Shown: positions 26,744 through 31,113 of the stretch, piece by piece
Numbering within the stretch: the first letter of the stretch is position 1
How the letters are laid out: every line of letters begins with the position of its first letter
From: a virus
Lineage: Duplodnaviria; Caudoviricetes
Length of the DNA: 31,113 bases
Virus record (IMG/VR): IMGVR_UViG_3300027566_000029
Location: 1 to 31,113 of that record
Reading direction: 5' to 3' (one strand)
Made by a program: the position numbers and the translations under genes
Notes under the pieces: generated by a model
The model's input: the letters and a program-made list of their open reading frames with translations, nothing else
Databases searched by the model: none
What the model was told of the DNA's origin: nothing

Positions 26744-27600
26744 TGGCAGCTATAGATTTTTTTGATAACATAGACGACTTCAGGTCCTATGTCCCGGGCG
26801 TTGATGCAGCACTAGGCTTTGACTCTATATACCCGTCATTCCTGTTGACAAGGAGTAAAATAATTGACGTGGTGACAAAAGCCGTATATGACGAAATTTT
26901 AAAGCCGGACACTCCTGCGGATCTGCTCAACCGCATGAAATCGGCTATTGCTTCTTATACCATGTACAAATACAAAATATTTGATGCTGTTTCTAAAAAC
27001 AGCAGTGATCAAAAGCTGTATAAATATCAGTACGAAGAGATAAAAGATGAGTACATAACAATGTATTGGGCTGCCATGGACGACCTCCTGAGCTATCTTG
27101 ACAGTAATACCGAATTTGCAGACTGGAAAGATTCAGCTCAGTATAAAGAGAGGTCAAAACTACCGATAAAAGATGCAAAGGAGTTCAATTATTACTTTGC
27201 GATCGACAATTCACCATACTTTTTCTCAAAGATACAGTTCCTGATCAGGAAAATAAATGATGATCAAATCATACCCCGGGTTGGAATCCTGTCAGGGATC
27301 ACAGATAACGACAAACTGGTAGACAAGTGCAAGAGAGCGCTGTGCCACCACGTGATGGCACAGGCAGCAATGCTGTTTGACATTACAGAGTTGCCAAAAT
27401 CAATAAGAAACGATGTGGCACATGAATTCACAAAAGGGGGATCGGCAGTGCAGGTGAGGGAAAAACTCTCTTCCTCACTGATGGTAGATGTAGACAAATA
27501 CTATCTGGACATTGAAAGGGCAAAGGCGGTCAGTAAGGGAGTAATTACAAGCGTGGTTAATCAAAATCGTGAAGACGATAAAATATACTTTATGTCATGA
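26743..27600 (+). CDS. Head-tail connector-like protein
   Basis: 285 aa helical protein with apparent internal duplication, directly after portal. Confidence 0.5.
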   Translation: MAAIDFFDNIDDFRSYVPGVDAALGFDSIYPSFLLTRSKIIDVVTKAVYDEILKPDTPADLLNRMKSAIASYTMYKYKIFDAVSKNSSDQKLYKYQYEEIKDEYITMYWAAMDDLLSYLDSNTEFADWKDSAQYKERSKLPIKDAKEFNYYFAIDNSPYFFSKIQFLIRKINDDQIIPRVGILSGITDNDKLVDKCKRALCHHVMAQAAMLFDITELPKSIRNDVAHEFTKGGSAVQVREKLSSSLMVDVDKYYLDIERAKAVSKGVITSVVNQNREDDKIYFMS

Positions 27601-28586
27601 TAACAAAATTTGAGAAGAAATACCTATCCTCATCGGATAATGTGGTGTTCCCATCTTCATGGGAGGACCTTGATCCCCTACAGTTCATTTCCACCTTGTG
27701 CCTGCTCATGGAGTTTAAAGAAAAAAGGTACGATGTCAGGGAATTCCAACTGAGACTGTTTATAGAACTCTCAAACATAAGATCGCGAAGCATCCTGAAG
27801 AAGGATTATCAGTGGTTTGAAAAAGAGATTTTCAGAAACCTTGACAAAATGAATTTCTGCTTCAGGTTCGTATATGACGATCCTAAATTCAAGAACCTGG
27901 ACGTCAAGATGCAGAACAAGCTTAAAAAGATCAATCCGGAAAATATCCCCGGAGAGCCGGAAGCGGTAGTTGCAAGGACATTCAAGAGATCAGTGGAAAT
28001 TGATGCCTCGATATCAAGGCAGATGATCCCTCAGGTATTTCTGGGACTGAAAAAGTATGAGGGATACAAGTTCGAACTGATAGGTGATATCGTGAAAACA
28101 ACAATCACCGCAGAACAGTACATAAATGCGCTTACATTCATCTCCTTGCTTGCTAAGGACAAGTCATCGGAATACATAGACTTGCTGGTTGCATCACTGT
28201 ATTGTAAGAACTACTCAGAGACAACCGTGCTGGATAATGCAGGGAAATTCAAGATGCTCAACCCGATCATTAAATATGCAATCCTATTCAACTTCGAAAG
28301 CATACTGCAATGGATATCGAATGAGACAAAATACAGCGTACTGTTCCGTCAGGGTAAGAAATCCGAAAAGATCTCGCTGGGATTGAACGCGGTCATATTC
28401 TCTATGACAGAAAAAGGATACGGAAACCCAAAAGAGATCTCGGCAATGAACCTCATTGACTTCCTGGAACTGATGTACAAAAACCTTGTGGACTCCATAA
28501 CGCAACTCTCAGAAGCAAAGATGGACAAGCTGGAGATTGCCAAAAAACTGAATCTTACACTTGAGCAAATCAATCAATTTATCTGA
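27597..28586 (+). CDS. Hypothetical phage protein
   Basis: 329 aa, FPSSWEDL motif, coupled to neighbours. Confidence 0.7.
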   Translation: MITKFEKKYLSSSDNVVFPSSWEDLDPLQFISTLCLLMEFKEKRYDVREFQLRLFIELSNIRSRSILKKDYQWFEKEIFRNLDKMNFCFRFVYDDPKFKNLDVKMQNKLKKINPENIPGEPEAVVARTFKRSVEIDASISRQMIPQVFLGLKKYEGYKFELIGDIVKTTITAEQYINALTFISLLAKDKSSEYIDLLVASLYCKNYSETTVLDNAGKFKMLNPIIKYAILFNFESILQWISNETKYSVLFRQGKKSEKISLGLNAVIFSMTEKGYGNPKEISAMNLIDFLELMYKNLVDSITQLSEAKMDKLEIAKKLNLTLEQINQFI

Positions 28587-28587
28587 C

Positions 28588-29127
28588 ATGAACATATTGC
28601 AGACAACATTCCTCTTTTTTGCACAATATCCACTTCATGCGGGTGTGATGAAGAACTTCAATAAGTCAACATCCACTCAGGAGTACAATGACCTGAAGAC
28701 CCTTGCGCAAAACATCCCGGTGAAAGACCGGATTCCACAGCTCACGGATTATGTGTTCGGAGTATCAGACGAGGCAGTGAAAAAGAGAATACAATCTATA
28801 TCAGGAGTATATCTGTTTGTTGACTATGGTGACATTAGAACTACAACCAACAGCCTGAATGTCAAAAAGGAGGAGTTTGATATCTCCGTTACAGTGGCAA
28901 GGCCATTTTCCTCAAACACCTTCGACGCAATGGAAGAGATAGTGATGGTGGATAGCTACCTGCAGATCCTTGCTGACATACGAAAAGACATGAGAGAAAA
29001 CAGGGATGACCCATTTGTGAGGCTACTGACGTTTCCAACAGATATAACACCGTTTGCAAGTGCACAGCTTAACAACAGCTATGGATTTAGTATGGTTTTT
29101 CAAATACAGGGAGTTGAACTGATATGA
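28588..29127 (+). CDS. Tail-completion/terminator-like protein
   Basis: YLFVDYG, SVTVA, GFSMVF beta pattern; position in neck block. Confidence 0.5.
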   Translation: MNILQTTFLFFAQYPLHAGVMKNFNKSTSTQEYNDLKTLAQNIPVKDRIPQLTDYVFGVSDEAVKKRIQSISGVYLFVDYGDIRTTTNSLNVKKEEFDISVTVARPFSSNTFDAMEEIVMVDSYLQILADIRKDMRENRDDPFVRLLTFPTDITPFASAQLNNSYGFSMVFQIQGVELI

Positions 29128-29465
29128 GCAAGAAAAAAAAGATAGGATTCAGAGCTTCAACTGAGGATCCGGAAGAAAATCCGAAGAAAAAGGAAAAATC
29201 CGAGGACGATATCAGAATGGATGAACTGGCCGATGAGCTCCTGAGTGCTTTTTGTGAGAGGTTCCTGCCGGCAAGCAGTCTTGAGAATTCGACAAACCAG
29301 TTTTCTACGCTCGAAGTGTTTGGATCCATATGCAAGTTTTGCCCAAAAACGGACATTTCATTCCAGAAAATAACGATAGCACTGCTGGAGAGAGAGTATA
29401 AATACGTAATCACACAAAATAACAACAAACTGGAGTACAAGTGGCTTGTACAGGAGAAATTATGA
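29124..29465 (+). CDS. Hypothetical protein
   Basis: 113 aa, ATGA-coupled on both sides. Confidence 0.6.
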   Translation: MSKKKKIGFRASTEDPEENPKKKEKSEDDIRMDELADELLSAFCERFLPASSLENSTNQFSTLEVFGSICKFCPKTDISFQKITIALLEREYKYVITQNNNKLEYKWLVQEKL

Positions 29466-29857
29466 TATCTGAAGGAGCGATAAAGACAAAATATGTACGC
29501 GACGTCCTGGAGCGAGATGCTGCGCGCATCAATAAAGTACAGGCCGGAGTGATAAAGGAAAACTTTAAGGTTGTTACCGGCAAGTTGTGGAGAAGTATAT
29601 ACAGACGTGATTTTGACGTTGTAATAGCAGACGACAATATGGCGTTCCTGCAATTTAACTACTTGCGTTACCTGAGGTTTCTGGATATAAAAAATAGAAG
29701 GGACCGCACTACAAAGATGGGCGTTAGAAGAAAGCTGGCCCTCTACAACCGGGTGATCTGGGGTGTGCTGTATCATCCGACCCTGCGCGACCTCCGGTTT
29801 GGACTTACAAAAGAAATTAAAGAACAGATAAGAGCAGAACTCGAAAAAGCAATTTGA
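29462..29857 (+). CDS. Neck/tail-completion-like protein
   Basis: Basic; TGKLWRSI and YLRFLD motifs reminiscent of HK97 gp10-like proteins. Confidence 0.5.
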   Translation: MISEGAIKTKYVRDVLERDAARINKVQAGVIKENFKVVTGKLWRSIYRRDFDVVIADDNMAFLQFNYLRYLRFLDIKNRRDRTTKMGVRRKLALYNRVIWGVLYHPTLRDLRFGLTKEIKEQIRAELEKAI

Positions 29858-29858
29858 C

Positions 29859-31113
29859 ATGGGGAAAAATTTATCAAATGACGAAATAAAATTCATCCTT
29901 AGCCTGGAAGCATCCGGCCTGCAGGCGGAGATAGGGAAATCATCGGCAGCAATTGACAAGTTTGCTGAGGAAAACAAGGCCCTTCAGGGAGAACTCAAGA
30001 AGCTCAACAAAGAGATGAGAGAGACCGAGAGACAGATGCTGTACCTGGAAAAAGCAAGCAAGACCAATACTGAAGAGTATAAGAATCTTTCAAATGCTTA
30101 TGAGTCAACAAAAAAGAAGATAGCTGAAACCAATACCGTCATAGCAGAAAATAATGCACAGACAGAGAGGAACAGACAGTTAGTAAAGGAAGGTATAAAA
30201 TTGCTGGAAGTTCAGGACATGACCATGAACCAGCTGAAAGGTCGTGCAAAAGAACTTCAAAAACAATTCGACAACACGGCAAAATCAACCTCTCCGGCGG
30301 AGTATGAAAAATTTCAGAAACAAATAAAGGAAGTGGATAAACGGATGTCAGAACTTGGAGAATCAGGAAAAGGGATGATGTCAAAGCTTTCTGCCATACC
30401 GGGACCCGTGGGTCAGGTGTCACAAAGCCTGGTGGGGATGGGAAGGGCAATGATGGCACTGGTGGCAAACCCGGTTGGAGCGGTGATAGCTGCAATAGTG
30501 CTTGTGTTCATGGCATTTAAAAAAGCCATAAACTCATCAGAAGAGGCGACAGAAAAGTTTAACCAGCTGCTCGCTCCATTGGCCAAGTGGTTTAACATGT
30601 TGTTGGGTCTGCTCCAGAAGATAGTAATAGGATTTTTAAAACTTGCCGAAGTCGCGTTGAACGGCTTTACTAAAATGCTTGAGAAACTCCCATTCATCGG
30701 TGAAAAAATGAAACAGATAAACGAATCTGCGCGAGAGGCAATACAACTGGAAAAGGAAAAACAGCAGCTGGATAAAAAAGAAAGGGACTGGATAAGTGAA
30801 AAGGCCAAGCTGGAGAACGAGATTGCAAAAAACAGGGACAAAGCAGCGCAGAAAGACAGGTATAACGTAAAAGAGAGACTGGAATTTTTGGACAAAGCCC
30901 TGTCTGGAGAGATGGCAATAACGGAAGAGAATGTAAAACAGGCAAGAGAGAAGTACAGGATTGCAGTGCTGGAAGCCGGACGCAAAACAGATCAGACGGA
31001 AGAGGAGAAGAGACGCATAGCAGATCTGCTGGCCGCAGTGACGAACGCACAGACACAAATGTATGAGAACACAAGAGCCATACATCAGAAAAGGACGGCA
31101 TTCATAAAAGAAG
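29859..31113 (+). CDS. Tape measure protein, N-terminal part (truncated by window)
   Basis: Open frame from ATG 29859 to the end: coiled-coil, then ANPVGAVIAAIVLVF hydrophobic segment; absent from ORF track because no stop is reached. Confidence 0.85.
   Translation, partial: MGKNLSNDEIKFILSLEASGLQAEIGKSSAAIDKFAEENKALQGELKKLNKEMRETERQMLYLEKASKTNTEEYKNLSNAYESTKKKIAETNTVIAENNAQTERNRQLVKEGIKLLEVQDMTMNQLKGRAKELQKQFDNTAKSTSPAEYEKFQKQIKEVDKRMSELGESGKGMMSKLSAIPGPVGQVSQSLVGMGRAMMALVANPVGAVIAAIVLVFMAFKKAINSSEEATEKFNQLLAPLAKWFNMLLGLLQKIVIGFLKLAEVALNGFTKMLEKLPFIGEKMKQINESAREAIQLEKEKQQLDKKERDWISEKAKLENEIAKNRDKAAQKDRYNVKERLEFLDKALSGEMAITEENVKQAREKYRIAVLEAGRKTDQTEEEKRRIADLLAAVTNAQTQMYENTRAIHQKRTAFIKE

Larger units (their letters stand above)
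114..31113 (+). mobile_element. Integrated prophage (continues beyond window)
   Basis: tRNA-adjacent integrase, repressor/antirepressor, terminase, protease, capsid-like, portal-like and tape measure genes; left boundary approximate, right att not in window. Confidence 0.93.

Noticed and set aside
29163-29177. 15-nt match GAGGATCCGGAAGAA to the capsid repeat at 18296
   Set aside because: Low-complexity EDPEE coding; chance is sufficient
29087-31101. Long minus-strand ORFs (e.g. 29087-29977, 30413-30985)
   Set aside because: Antisense shadows of neck and tape measure genes with no motifs

Overview
Left ~31 kb of a temperate tailed prophage in a Bacteroidota-type host (TAnnTTTG promoter elements; Bacteroidetes-style integrase), inserted right after a tRNA-Arg(TCT). 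Order: tRNA, tyrosine integrase, a leftward lysogeny/moron block (Gp37/Gp68-like Cys protein, TcmP-like partner, secreted protein, membrane-anchored HIRAN-like protein, CI-like repressor), a rightward early region (Cro-like, HTH proteins, PAPS-reductase-like, KilA-N antirepressor), a compact diversity-generating retroelement (DGR), a replication-like gene, then structural genes (S49 protease, major capsid, putative tail protein, frameshifted gene pair, terminase, portal, neck genes, tape measure running off the end). The DGR stands out: one ~75-nt template repeat matches variable repeats in two tandem small paralogous early-region genes rather than a tail fibre, nearly all mismatches sit at template adenines, and the accessory slot holds a protein that does not look like Avd. 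Also seen: a GTCCTT-N25-TTTG motif with identical spacing at four gene-block starts, and an in-frame A-AAA-AAG -1 slippery site. Protein calls are from motif recognition only; no searches were run.
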